In this document: piece by piece, positions 13,173-26,074 of the stretch | Layout of the letters: every line of letters starts with the position of its first letter | How positions within the stretch are numbered: position 1 is the first letter of the stretch | Source: Euprymna scolopes | Lineage: Eukaryota | Assembly: GCA_053919585.1 (NCBI GenBank) | Contig: CM132810.1 | Length of the DNA stretch: 64,000 bases | Direction: 5' to 3' (one strand) | Position numbers and translations under genes: made by a program | The notes under the pieces: generated by a model | Databases searched by the model: none | The model's input: only the letters and a program-made list of their open reading frames with translations | Told to the model about the DNA's origin: nothing

Positions 13173-13628
13173 ACTTTTTAAGTAATACACATATTTATGT
13201 CTTTAAGTAATACACATATTTATGTCTTTATTGTTTCTGTTTCTTATATTATAGCGCTATTGTATATTTATTATTTAAATTTATTTTATGAATATATACA
13301 GTCACAATTAAAGCTATTATTATATTTATGTTCTTTAGTTGTGTCCTTCAAACTTAATATTTCAACTACCTTCAATATTTTTTGCATTAATTGTAGCGGT
13401 ATTATTCATAAAATAAATTTAAATAAGTAACTTATTATGCATAACTGGTGTGTTTAAAGATAGATATAAGCATAAAATTGATATATTTAAGTTAAGTACA
13501 TGATATTAATTATTATGCATTTGTTTTAAGCTAATTATAATTGATTTAAGTATTTATACATAGTAATTATAAGGTTGAAAATAATAAATTTGCAGATTAC
13601 ACTATTGTAATTATTAAAACCACGTATA

Positions 13629-14277
13629 TCTTCTATATATATATAAAAACGAAAATGTATGTATGTATGTATGTATGTATGTGTGTCTGCTAAAAACTTT
13701 TGGCCGACGGAACATAAATTCACAAACTTGGTATCATATTAAAGCCCCACCCTCCGGACGACAAATATCGAAAAATTAGCCCAAAAGGACCATCAGAAGT
13801 GCGTCAACTGATCGATTTTCTGCAGGGGGGCCCAAAAAAGTGACATTTTAATGTTAAGCATTACATATTTTTAAATCGATTTATAACTGCCCCCAAAAAT
13901 ACGGCCGCCAACTCTTCTACATAAAGTATACACGGGACCGTTTATTTTGGATCAACTTGTATTTAAAACCCGCTGAGTCATGTCACGTGATCTTGACGTC
14001 AGCAAGCTCTAATGGCAGTCTGAATTTAAAAAACATTGTTGTTATCGGTAAAAAAATTTAACCTTCACACAAGCTAAACTATGAACTTCTACGCTATGAC
14101 AACGTTACCAAAGTTATTAGCACATTAAAAATAGCTAGATACGATAGTTAAACGAAAAATAACAAGCCAAAAATGTGAAGTAAAAAAAATACGCTTACAA
14201 AAAATATTAACGATCGAAGTTTTTACAAAAAAAACAAAACAGCCAGACGCCATTTTCTTTTTTAGTAACAGTCTTTN
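13629..14277 (+). mobile_element. Non-autonomous Helitron 5' part (runs into gap), inverted relative to 17057-17596
   Basis: 5' end a|TCTTCTATATATATAAAA followed by (GTAT)n. About 450 bp are near-identical to the reverse complement of 17145-17596. Confidence 0.8.
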
Positions 14278-15161
14278 NNNNNNNNNNNNNNNNNNNNNNN
14301 NNNNNNNNNNNNNNNNNNNNNNNNNNNNNNNNNNNNNNNNNNNNNNNNNNNNNNNNNNNNNNNNNNNNNNNNNNNNNNNNNNNNNNNNNNNNNNNNNNNN
14401 NNNNNNNNNNNNNNNNNNNNNNNNNNNNGAAACGAAATACGTAATTTATATGTTGTTTTTTGTTTTTTTTTAATGAAACCTTGGTCCTTGCTCCTTTAAT
14501 TGAAAAAACATAAGGGCTTGCATTATATTTTTTGAAGAGTTATAAGCTTAGAAAGACAGGGGGTGGAATTATTCAATATTTTTCACGAAATTTCTGACAC
14601 ACCTAGCGCGGTGGTGTTTTCTTAAAAAGTATTTGTTCTTACAGAAAAATTTGAAATAACAAATGGCTTTTACGAATTGAAACAAATCTAAATCTAAAAA
14701 ATATCAACAAAAATAATATTTAAATGTTTAACACCTTTTAAACACATCCTTCAATGAATTATTCTTTGATCAATTTTATTTTTGTTTTAGGAAACAAAGA
14801 AAATCTTTTAAAAATTAAATTTCTTTTATATGGACCTAATCGATAATTGTCCCTGATGACCACAAATTGAATCAAAGAACTATCTCACAAACTTTAAAAC
14901 TTGTTACAACTTATTTGAATGTTCTGTTAACATATCGATTTCTATAGCACAAACATTGACTTTTACATGTATAAGTAAAAGGTGGAAAAGGTGACATTGT
15001 GAAATGAATATAAGAACACGTTCTTATCGATTAAAACAAATCGATTAAATGTCGAGTTCACGATCACGATGCACATTATGCAGAATAATAAGGCTCTTCT
15101 TTTCTTCTTTTTGCTTCTTCTTTTTTCTTCTTCGTTAACCGTTTTGTTTTTTATATTTACA

Positions 15162-16278
15162 CTAGCGGGGGTTACCCGGCGTTGCCCGAATGTTTGGAGG
15201 TGTGTGTCGTCGGGCGGGAGTGGGGGTGTTAATGAAAACCTAAGAATAAGCGAAGTAAAAAAAGAAAACAGAAAAGCGAACGTTAAAACTTATCTGAAAA
15301 ATAAAGTGGCCCGAGCGGTGGGGGGGGGGTAATCAAAACATAAGAATAAGCTAAGTAAAAAACACACACAAAAAAGAACTAACGTAAGGCAAACGAACGA
15401 TGTAAAATGTAAAAATCTGAAAAACAAAAACAAAAAAGAAAACAGAAAACCGGACGTTAAAAAACACGTAAAAAATGGCTTAAATAAGCCTGTTTCAATA
15501 TTAAAAATTTAAAAATCGGTGGGTACCCGGGTGTTTTTGTGTGTGTGTGGTCGGTCGGGGGTGGCGGGTGTTAATGAAAACCTAAGAATTAGCGAAGTAA
15601 AAAAAAAAAAACAGAAAAACGAACGTTACGTGAAAATGGCTTAAATAACACTGCTTCAATCTTAAAACTTAAAAAATCGAAAAAAAAAAGCAAAAACATC
15701 TCACACCACGATTCGGACCCAAAACGTTTAGAAAATGACCCAGCGCTCTAACCAACTGCGTTAACACGACGCATGTGAAATTATGTCAGTTCTTCAAATA
15801 TTTAAACTAAATCAAGTTATAACGTCGTCTGACGCATGCGTAGAACCGATCTCGTCATGAGAGGACGGTTTTTTTGCTGACCCCTCTGTAGAAAAGTGTT
15901 GATTTCAGGGTGAAAAAATTAACGTTTTTAGCCAATGTTTCGATATTTGTCGGGCAAAGGATGGGGCTTTCATATGAGACCAAGTTTGTGAATTTTTGTT
16001 CAGTCTGTCGAAAGTTTTTAGAAGACATACAAACACACATACATACATTTTCGCTTTTATATATATAGACTAGCGGGGGTACCCGGCGTTGCCCGGATGT
16101 TTGTAGGTGTGTGTGGTGTTAAATAAAAAAGAACCCGGGGGTGGAGTATGATAGAATCCGAAGCCCCGAGGCGAAGTTTGAAAATAAAATTGGCCAGCCA
16201 GAATGAGTTAGTGAAAGATGTTTGAATTTATTTAAGTAAGAACCAAATTGACAGGTGCGCGCCCGGAAGTCGTCGAGC

Positions 16279-16352
<74 letters not shown>

Positions 16353-17596
16353 AATGACCAGATTTGTTTGTTATAAGCGAAGTAAAAAAAGAAAACAACG
16401 TTAACACTTAAGCAGGAAAAAACAAAAAAAACTAACGTAAGGCAAACGAACGATGAAAACAGAAAACGAACACGTGAAAAATGGCTTAAATAAGCCTGTT
16501 TTGATATCAAAATTTAAAAAATCGGTGGGTACCCGGGTGCTTTTGGGTGTGTGGTCGGGGGTGGATAAGCGAAGTAAAAAAAAACACAAAAAAGACAGAA
16601 AAACGAACGTTACGTGAAAAATGGCTTAAATATCACTGGTTCAATTTTTAAATTTATAAATCGAAAAAAAAAAGACATCTCACACCACGATTCGAACCCC
16701 AAACGTTTAGATAATGAACCAACGGGCTAATCAACTAACCTAACGCGCCGTACATGAAATTGCTCTAGTTTTTAAACTATTTGAAGTAAATCAGGTCATG
16801 ACGTCATCTAACGCATGCGTAGAACCGGGCGAGAGAGTCGTTTTTGTTGACCCCCTGTCGAAAATTGTCGATTTCGGGGTGAAAAAAGATGAACGTTTCT
16901 GGCCAATTTTTCGATATTTTTTGAGCGAAGGATAGAGCTTCAATATGATACCGAGTTTGTGAATTTGTGTTGTGTCTCTCGAAAGTTTTTAGCAGACACA
17001 CAAACATACACACATACATACATACATACATACATTTTCGCTTTTATATATATAGACTAGCGAGGGGTACCCGGCGTTGCCCGGGTGTTTGTAGGGGTGT
17101 GTGATGTTAAATAAAAAAGAAACCGGGGGGGGGGGGAATAGTTTAGCTTTAATTAATTTTTTTTTTTACCGATAACAACATTTTTAAATTGTAAATTCAG
17201 ACCGCCATTAGAGGTTGCTGACGTCAAGATCACGTGACATGACACAGCGAGTTTTAAATACAAGTTGATCCAAAATAAACGGCCGCGTGTATACTTTATG
17301 TAGAAGAGTTGGCGGCCGTATTTTTGGGGGCAGTTATAAATCGATTTAAAAATATGTAATGTTTAACATTAAAATGTCACTTTTTTGCCCCCCCCCCTGC
17401 AGAAAATCGATCAGTTGACGCACTTCTGATGGTCCTTTTGGGCTAATTTTTCGATATGTGTCGTCCGGAAGGTGGGGCTTTAATATTATACCAAGTTTGT
17501 GAATTTATGTTCCGTCGGCCAAAAGTTTTTAGCATACACACAAACATACATACATACACACAAACATACACACATTTTCGCTTTTATATATATAGA
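15162..17596 (-). mobile_element. Head-to-tail array of three non-autonomous Helitrons (17596-17057, 17056-16070, 16069-15162)
   Basis: Each unit begins TCTATATATATAAAAGCG and ends with a (C)CGG-GCAACG-CCGG(G)-type hairpin followed by CTAG. Internal junctions are CTAG|TC and the array sits between A and T. Confidence 0.9.
16281..16351. repeat. (GAC)n microsatellite inside Helitron unit 2
   Basis: Pure trinucleotide run. Confidence 0.95.
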
Positions 17597-17649
17597 TTAT
17601 ACATTCTTCTATTATTTATATAAGAACAAATATTTAGGTCTTTTGTATT

Positions 17650-18500
17650 TTATAGTTCATTAGCCAATTCCGACCAACGTCGGGACGGTTTCCATTAGTA
17701 CATATAAATACATCTCCTCCCATACCACAAAATATAAAAGAAATCGGCCTACTCATTTAAAAATTTTGGAGAGAAAATATCTCATCAAATTTGTCAAAAA
17801 TACAGTACAAAGACTTCCAAACTCAACAGATAAAGGCTTTTGGGTTACAAAAAATAGCCTAGCAATATAATCCTTTCATTTTGATCACAGCACACAAAAC
17901 TCTTCTACTTACTAACCAAACATTTTCTACACCTTAAAGCAGACCGCGACGTCAAATGTCTGTTTAATGCACCGCCAATCAAGTTTAGAAGACAATCACT
18001 CCTCACATCACTCCAAACCAAACAACAATTCACCAACCACATAGGTAGTCTACCATGTAACAAACTCCGCTGCCAACTCTGCAACATAACAGTTACGGAT
18101 TTCGTAATCACTCTGCCCAACTCACATATTAGACTCAAATCCTTGGTCTCACACGCCACAATATCAACGTTTTCTATATTTACTGCACATATTGTAATGA
18201 AGATGAATACGTTGATAAAGCAGGCATTCACTTCTTCTTGGTTCAACAACTACAGGGACACTTCCACCCATTCACCATTGACACAGCAGTATAACCTACA
18301 AAACCACACAATGTCTTACATAAACTGACTATTATTACACATTAACTTCTATTCTATACTGTACCGTAAAATAAACGAAATTATATTAATTAATAAATTA
18401 AATACATACACGAGCGAATCAGATATCAGAATTTTCACTCCGTCCACCTCAAAACACATGTAAAAATATAGAGGTATAAACAACACAAAACGCCACAGGA
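17650..18500 (+). mobile_element. Penelope-like element remnant (linker/GIY-YIG region)
   Basis: Broken frames read PPIKFRRQSL and LPCNKLRCQLCNI (Cys-rich linker before the GIY-YIG domain), then NVFYI..C and WFNNYR. Confidence 0.55.
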
Positions 18501-19053
18501 ATAATAAAAAAATCAAATTAAATTCACTAACCGAACAAGTATACAAAGCAAACATTCAAACTCAACTATAGACAATTTAAAAGGTTTGTGCAACTGAAAA
18601 CGGAAATAAATTATCCCACAAATCAGACGTACAGACAATACACAGAAATTTCAATACTACATATAGTTTCTCAGAATATCTTGTTGGCTACAGATAATAA
18701 CAACTCTATTAATATTAGACACTATGATTTGATGAGAGAATATTCATTTTTCTTCTTTTTACAAGTCATCATAGCGGCCGATGATAAAGTGATTAACGGC
18801 ACGGACTGACGACCTAGGTGTTCCAAGTTCAAACCAGTTCGTTTCACAGAAATCATTTTACTTAGGATCTTGGCAACCTTCCCGTGATCCCTTCCATTAA
18901 TTACCGGCTGTCTTTCTAGAAAGAATTCTGACAAGAAAAATATCGGAGAAACCAATGCCATCAATAGAATACGATATGATGATCATCACCATAGAGAACA
19001 TTCACTTAATACTTTATGATTAAGGAAAAATAATACAACTACGGACACTAACA

Positions 19054-19267
19054 CAGCGTGACCCCCCCCAAAAAAACGGGCCCAACTCTAATTAGGCTCC
19101 GTTTCTTAGTGTTTTGCCCGAATAAATGAAACTTTAGTCATAACTAGTTTATTATATTCAAAACATCATACCAAAACATTAGGGTCTTTGGCCTCTTTTT
19201 CTCATTCTACAGCATATGTTCTAGATGGTCTCCATTTAGCTTTTGTTTTTTTTGGGGTGTCACCCTG
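19054..19267. mobile_element. Tc1/mariner-type MITE
   Basis: Imperfect TIRs cagcgtgaccccccc..aaaaaa / tttttggggtgtcaccctg, with TA on the right flank. Confidence 0.55.
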
Positions 19268-19269
19268 TA

Positions 19270-20988
19270 ATAGGGATAACAGAAAGACCTCCAATTGCCA
19301 AAGACCGACCTAATGCCCACTAAGCAATAATTGCCTTATAACTTCGGTAGTATACCAGGCTAGAATATGCACCGTTGAAAACCCAGAAATAAAAAATTCT
19401 TCATAGACAGCACTTCAATGTCCTGTAAAAACAGATTCTATGGTCATACAGTGTCAATGAATAATAAACCATATGATACGGACACCTCACTCTCGGTACA
19501 TTACTGGAAGTTAATCAAAACGAACAAAACACCTTTAGTCGAATGGAAAATATTTAGGAAGGCTAAAACATGTAGTTCATTAACTTAGCTCTATTATCTA
19601 TGCTTAGTGGAGAAACATGAGATTATTAGTTTTAAGGACTGTGAAAATATTTTTAAATGTAAAAGTAAAATCGGTTATAAGTTACAAACATTTCGGAGGC
19701 TATGCTTTAAATAATAATTAAAAAAAAACCCGAATAGCGATCCTTTCATAGTAGTAGCACTGCAATTCGTAACCCCGCACTCCAAATATCTTAATTAATT
19801 AACAAATAAACCCAGGTAGGAGTAAAAAGGATATAAAGTAGTTCCGATTAACCACAAGTTAATAATTATACTTACTCTAAGCCGACACACTTCAAATTAA
19901 TAACGTCGAAGAAGAGGCTAGTATAAATAACTTAGCTAAATCAAGGAAGAAGCCATCCTCTCGTTAACCCTCAACCCCATCTCAAGTGCTACCGTTTAAT
20001 ACTAAAAGGTGAGCGCACTTTGCATACTTAATAATTAAACACCCGAAAACGATTAACTTAGCACGCTTGTAATTGGAATGTTGATATATACCTACATGAA
20101 GTATTATTGTAAAGCAGCGTTACATAAGGAAACCATATATGTTCTAGTATTGAGGAAAAAATAAACAACCCAAATAAAAGTATTACAACCATCGAAATAA
20201 AGTTTATATATAGATATGAAATTAATTATTAATTAGTTCAGACATCAGAGGAGAGTGGAAAATATAACTCCAAGTATACCTTCCTTTATTGAAATCATAT
20301 AAATAAGCCTGCATATCTGTTCAGCTGATTGTTAATTTGACCATATGGACATATATCTTATAAATAAATAAATAATTTGAAAACAAAAAAGCGAGGAATA
20401 AAATAAATAAATCCATAAATAAATCCATAAAACTTGTCAATAAAATAGATGTATAATGAGGTCGCCACCAGAGAAGAAAAAACAACCATAAAACCCTAAG
20501 ATAGGAAAGTAGCAACGATGAGTGTATAATATTACTTCAGATCAAAGCGAAAACTTAGGCCAATAAACAACCGCAATAATACCTCCCATCCGTTACAGCT
20601 TAATCACACGGGGTCGTGCTTCCCTTCCTCCTTCATCCCCACCCTACTTCCTTCCTTCACCACAACTCCCTCCAAAACCCCCACTGCTCACATTCACAAA
20701 GTATACACTCCACTTTCTTCCAGAGCGTAAACCACACCCGAATATCTTAAAAAGAACGAATGTAATTTTTACTTTTGTTTCAATATCGCTTCTTTTTTGG
20801 ACTGATGAAGTAATTTTTTTTTGGACTGATGAAGAATTGGAATTCCACTAAAACATGTATGCATATATATAACTAATAAGTTTTTTTTATAATAAACAGA
20901 CTATATACAAGCTCTGTCCTACATTGAGAACTCTTTATTAATCGCGTGAGTTTCATTGGATTTACAGCTAGGAAGCGAATCTATAAAC

Positions 20989-20995
<7 letters not shown>
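19270..20995 (+). mobile_element. Penelope-like GIY-YIG C-terminus plus long 3' region ending at (TA)n
   Basis: Reads NCQRPT*CPLSNNCLITSVVYQARI, TSLSVHYWKL, EWKIFRKAK and YLCLVEKHEII. A degenerate hammerhead lies at 20822-20863 before the TA tract. Confidence 0.7.
20822..20863 (+). ncRNA. Degenerate hammerhead motif
   Basis: TGGA-CTGATGA-aGAATTggAATTCcact-AAAA (GAAA mutated)-CATGT-A-TGCA. Confidence 0.45.
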
Positions 20996-21034
<39 letters not shown>

Positions 21035-21230
21035 CACTATTTGTTGCTATCAATCTATTCCTTGATGTCTTCATTTTGTTAAAATAATATATGAATGCTC
21101 AATCATGAAATATGATAATTTTGTAGCTTACAGTCTAAGTCATCTCATTTTGACTTAAAACTTATTGGTATATGAACGATTACCGAATTTTCAATACTAA
21201 AACTCAGTAAAATTCGGAATACTATAAATA

Positions 21231-21284
<54 letters not shown>

Positions 21285-21438
21285 TGTGTGTAAGTAAATA
21301 TATATATATATGTAACCTATTAATAAATGCTGCACATGTATTGAGCACTTTTTAAAATATATTGATTTTAGTTCAATACATTTGAACTTGGTCAAATAAT
21401 ACATTACACACGCACATACACAACGCACACGCACACAC

Positions 21439-21499
<61 letters not shown>

Positions 21500-22086
21500 G
21501 TGTGTGTATATACATGTAGAATGGCTTCATTAAGGCAAATGGTATAAAATAACACGGAATATTTTTGTTTAATGAAACTTTTTATTTGAATTTTTTTTAG
21601 ACTAGACCATTTAGTATTTCTTTTCTAATTAATGCATATAAATTCGGAAGTTTCTGGTTTCATTTTTCTATCTTTTCTTGCGAATAGTTTCACTTTAATT
21701 TATTAAATTATTGTTGGGCGGGGGTTGTCTTAGTCTTTAGTATTGAGCTATTTAATAGCTAGAAATTTACGACTTTAAAATCATCGTTTTTAGTGATGAG
21801 ATTTTGTATGTGAACAAAATTTAAAACGGTTAAGCATTTGTTAATGTTAATTATTATAATTAATTATAAAACATCACTAATATTCATGAATAGGCTTTAT
21901 CAGTGTAAAATATTCAAGTTAGGCAGCAAAAAGGAAGTACACCCATCATTCATTTAATATATACGTATTTCTTTTTCACTCAAAATTTATAGAAAACTCC
22001 TTTTGAATATAAAGTTTGATTATTTTGTGTTTATGATATCCGTTTTTTTTTTTTTTTTTTTTAAATTAAACAAAAGAGAAAGAAAA

Positions 22087-22385
22087 TTAATTGTTTTTGT
22101 TTTTAACAAAGGGTAGATTTGCCCATATTCCAACGTCGAACGTTTTTTGTAATACTGGAGCCAATGCAGTCCGATTATAAATCAACTCTTCCATGCAGTC
22201 GAGAGCCACAGGTTCAAAATCATCGTAAAATTTGTTGACGAATAATTCGGACGCATTCAGCAAGTAGTGCAGATCACCGACGCCTATGATGCATATCGCG
22301 CGCACCCGTTTGCCAAAACATTTTAATCCACCCCAGTTTTTAAATCTGGCCAGGAATGGTTTATTAGGCCCTGTTTCTGGAACTC
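22087..22385 (-). CDS. GCNT-like coding exon 3 (terminal, stop TAA)
   Basis: Acceptor ttctttatcag| is phase-1 compatible (G+GA = Gly). Encodes VPETGPNKPFLARFKNWGGLKCFGKRVRAICIIGVGDL...LFVNKF, the GT14 C-terminal motifs. Total CDS is 692+227+299 = 1218 nt, 405 aa plus stop. Confidence 0.92.
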
Positions 22386-22586
22386 CTGATAAAGAAAAAT
22401 AAATAGCATCATATTATAAACAGGTAAACATTGTCATTCTGTAGAAAATATATAATATATCTTTTTATGCTACTTAATTCTGCTTATGATTTGTTTGTTT
22501 CCGTTTACGCTTCTTGTGATCAAAGAAAAAGAAAATATTAGCATCATATAATAAATTAACAAATATTAATCTTATATCTTATAAAC

Positions 22587-23040
22587 AGGGTGTCCATAAA
22601 ATCTGTGTACACATTAAAAATATTTTATTTGTATTTGCGAAAGAAATAATCTGTACAAAAGATTAAAAGTAAATCTATATATTTGTAAGATTTTATTAAA
22701 TTTATTTTTTAAATTTTCATATGTTCTCCATTATTAGCAATACAAAGGGTAATACAATTTTGCAGTTAACGAAAAATATTTGTCAACTGATTTAGATTAA
22801 TGTCTAAAATCATTATTTTAGTTTTCAAATCTTCTAATGAAGTAGTTTTGGTAGCATGTACAATTTTTTTCACATGTCCTCATAAAAAATTGCATTTCAA
22901 TTCAGTTCAGCAAACCAAAAGAACACAGTTTACTTTCCCTCATTCGAAGTCATAAATAACATTAATTCTAAACAGTTGAAAATATTTTTTACTCATCTAA
23001 AAATTGTTGCAGATTTTGTAGTGAAAGATTATTCAATAAC
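22587..23040 (-). mobile_element. Tc1/mariner-superfamily remnant (transposase C-terminus and TIR)
   Basis: TIR-like cagggtgtccataaa at 22587. The minus strand reads FL*GHVK...TSLEDLKTKI...CIANNGEH. Confidence 0.5.
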
Positions 23041-23132
23041 TATACTTAAAACTACATACTTAAAGATGCGAATTCCCTCTACATTTAACGGAATAGTATT
23101 AATAACAAAAGGTAAGTAACAAAATCTATTTC

Positions 23133-23596
23133 ATAATAGTCCGCAATAAATAAAAATTAATATAAATAATACTCATCTCAATAATGAATTCCAATTAAAA
23201 TAATATATATACCATTCGGTACGGAACTGACCATGGAAGATCAGATAATAAATAAATGTGGATTTATAAGATACAAAAAAATACAACCTTGATCGCCCTT
23301 CGGGGCCCGTGGCGCAGTTGATAGAGACGTTGAATCACTACGATTCCAGATGAGCATTGTCTGAAGATAGCGGTTTCAATCCTACTCAAAAGCCGGCCAG
23401 AGGCTTACTTGGCCAAAAACGTGGTGGGACGACAACAACCACGGATGGCAGTGATTACTGAGAATGCAGTTGGGAGATTCGAAGTTCCTATCCATCGCGG
23501 TTACCACCTGACGAAGGCCAGAGGAATAGTTGGCCGAAACGTCGTGAAACAACAACTAATAAAAATGAGAATAATAGTCCGCAATAAATAAAAATT
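23133..23596 (+). mobile_element. Non-coding hammerhead-bearing retroelement (retrozyme/SINE-like) with TSD and terminal redundancy
   Basis: 12-bp TSD AAAATCTATTTC (23121-23132, 23597-23608). 26-bp direct terminal repeat ataatagtccgcaataaataaaaatt (23133-23158, 23571-23596). A-box TGGCGCAGTTG at 23310, B-box-like GGTTTCAATCC at 23372, and two hammerhead copies. Confidence 0.85.
23505..23546 (+). ncRNA. Minimal type I hammerhead ribozyme
   Basis: CAC-CTGACGA-a-GGCCA gaggaatagt TGGCC-GAAA-CGT-C-GTG. Palindromic ACGT stands in place of stem III; predicted cleavage after GUC at 23543. A degenerate sister copy lies at about 23385-23427. Confidence 0.8.
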
Positions 23597-24067
23597 AAAA
23601 TCTATTTCGTCTCTAATTTATGTCAGCTTTTGTACGCGTTCCTTTAATTACTAATATCATAGAGACTGTGGAAGAAGATCACCTACTATTAGCCACAAAT
23701 CCCCCTTCAGTCCACTACACTATAAATAAACCCAAAGAAATCTAATTAGAATTAATTTTTACGCTTATCTCGTGTTTCATTGTTTCGACCGACTATTCAC
23801 TGACAAATATAAAAGAATAATTATATTACCTTTTTCGATTAAAAAATACAAACATTCCAGCATTCTCCTTTATTATAACAGTATTTTATTATTTTATTTT
23901 AAGAAGGATCGTCATAACTTAGAAAAAATAGGATATCAACTTTATGCAAACATGTCCTACTTTTCGCCAGTCATTTTTTTCTTAAATTAATGTATCGTAG
24001 TTTTTCATTAATTACAGGTTTACTTTCATATATACATATATATATATATGTCCGCACTGGTCATTTT

Positions 24068-25440
24068 TTCAAAAACTGCAAATTTAAGCTAAATTGAGTG
24101 AAACTATTCAGACAACCTATACATCATTTGATTCACCTTTTATTCCTCTATAAATTTACGTGTTCATATTTGACTTTGAATTAAAATATCCTAGTGTTCA
24201 CGCTAATTAAAAAAATAATTTTAGATCGAGAAGGTAAAAAGAAACTCTGCGGAACAAATGAGCTTAAAACCAGCTTAAAATATCCACCTTTTAGGGAACA
24301 AAGCATCTTTAATCATAATTGCTTTTGTTCCAGGTTGTACAATGTAACATTTAGTCCATGGGCCGCGACTTTTTCTTAGTGATCTGGTTTATCCAATCAA
24401 GAAATCGGCCGCATATTGAAATGTGATGAGAAAATCGTACGAATGACTGTGCAAAAGCACAAAAACATCGGCAGTGTTCGTGATTCCCTTTAATCTAGTC
24501 TTCCTAGAGTTACTTCTTACATGGAAGACAATGCTATCAAGATCTGCAGCCTCAGAAACAGATTTGAAACGGCTCCCTAAATCTAAAGCCAGTGTAATCT
24601 TGTTAAAATGCCTTTTTTCTACAGTTAAGAACAGATAGAGGGAATATAATTTGCGAGGCTGTGTTGCAAGACGCAAGCCAATGATTTCTGTAAAGAACAG
24701 AAAGCACTGTCTGGACTTCATTAGATGCGATGAAAATCATGACTCTTCATATTAGTCGAAAGTGATTTTTAGCGACGAAAGCAGGGTCAGTATGCTAGGC
24801 AGTGATAGTAGACGGTACGTTCGTCGAAGGAAGGACGAAACATTTAGTCCTGGGTAAACAGTTCAACGCTGCAAGGTGGTGGAAGTTCAGTTTTGGTGTG
24901 GGCGTTATTAGTGTCAATAGTTCAGGACTTATAGTTCGTTTGCAAGGTCGAATTAATTCGACCAAGTATATTAATATGTTGACTGAACATTTTTTTTTAC
25001 CCTACTTTGGCCGGAATTTGGATGGCAATCTCATCTCCATGCAGGATAATGCCTCCATTTACACAGTTGGCAAAAATTAAAGAGAAAGGGGATGCCCTTT
25101 CACCGGAGTATTACCGCAGAATAATTTAAGGAATGCCCGAAAGATAGCAGGCTGTCAAATTACAGAAGGGCTATGCTACTAAATATTAAGTAGTTCATTG
25201 TTTTCCTGTTGTATTGATGTTCTAAAGTTACATTTAAATAATAATTTTCCATTGTGCGGAGTTTCTTTTTGCCTTCTCGATTTGAATTTAATTTTTTAAA
25301 TTGACGCGGACACTAGGATACTTCAATTAAAAGTCAAATATGAGCAGGTAAAATTATAGAGAAATAAAAGGCGATTCAAATGAGGTATATATTGTTTAAA
25401 CAGTTACATTCAACTTAGCTTAAATTTTTCGGTTTTTGAA
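24068..25440 (+). mobile_element. Degenerate Tc1-like transposon with long (~190 bp) TIRs
   Basis: Inverted repeats at about 24068-24255 and 25255-25440. Internal frames read GCVARRKPMIS, KVIFSDESR, GGSSVLVWGVI and MQDNAS. Confidence 0.82.
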
Positions 25441-26026
25441 TATATATATATTAATTGTAGTGATTCAATGAATTTCAAAAACCCTTATTGAAATGAAGTG
25501 TTTGAGTTTCATATCAAAGATTTTTATTATTCTAAGCAAGACCTAGAATACTTTAGAAATGTAATCTCCTTACATGTCTACCATCTCATCAGAGGAGAAA
25601 ATATTAGCAAATATTTATAAAGGTATGTACCCTATTTGCTAAAGTCAGTGAGACATAGAAAGTCAAAGTCAAAATAATTAATTAATTAATCAGAAATCAT
25701 GTAGCAAGAGGATTTAAAGAAAAGGATATGAAAATTGTAGATCCAGATTGTGTGGTAAAATCCATGGTGAACGTTCTTTAAAGCAGTTGGGTAATAAGAT
25801 CCAAGTTGTATATTGGGTAATCCGCATAGCTGAATAGATATCCGGGTGCTGCATGTTCTTGTATAAATTTCTTTATGGTTCCATCGAAAATATTTTAAAG
25901 TCTGGTGGAAATCTTATCATTAGAAGTCTGTATTATTATTACTGGGGTGATGTGTTAGTTGTAAGGAGAGATTGTAATAGTGAAGGGTTAGAAGTGGGAT
26001 GAACATATATATATATAAGTGGGATG

Positions 26027-26074
<48 letters not shown>

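Noticed and set aside
21145-21530. YIYI/CVCV-type ORFs (also 27649-28128, 33190-33430, 35617-36114, 58818-59156, 62431-62780)
   Set aside because: These are translations of microsatellites.
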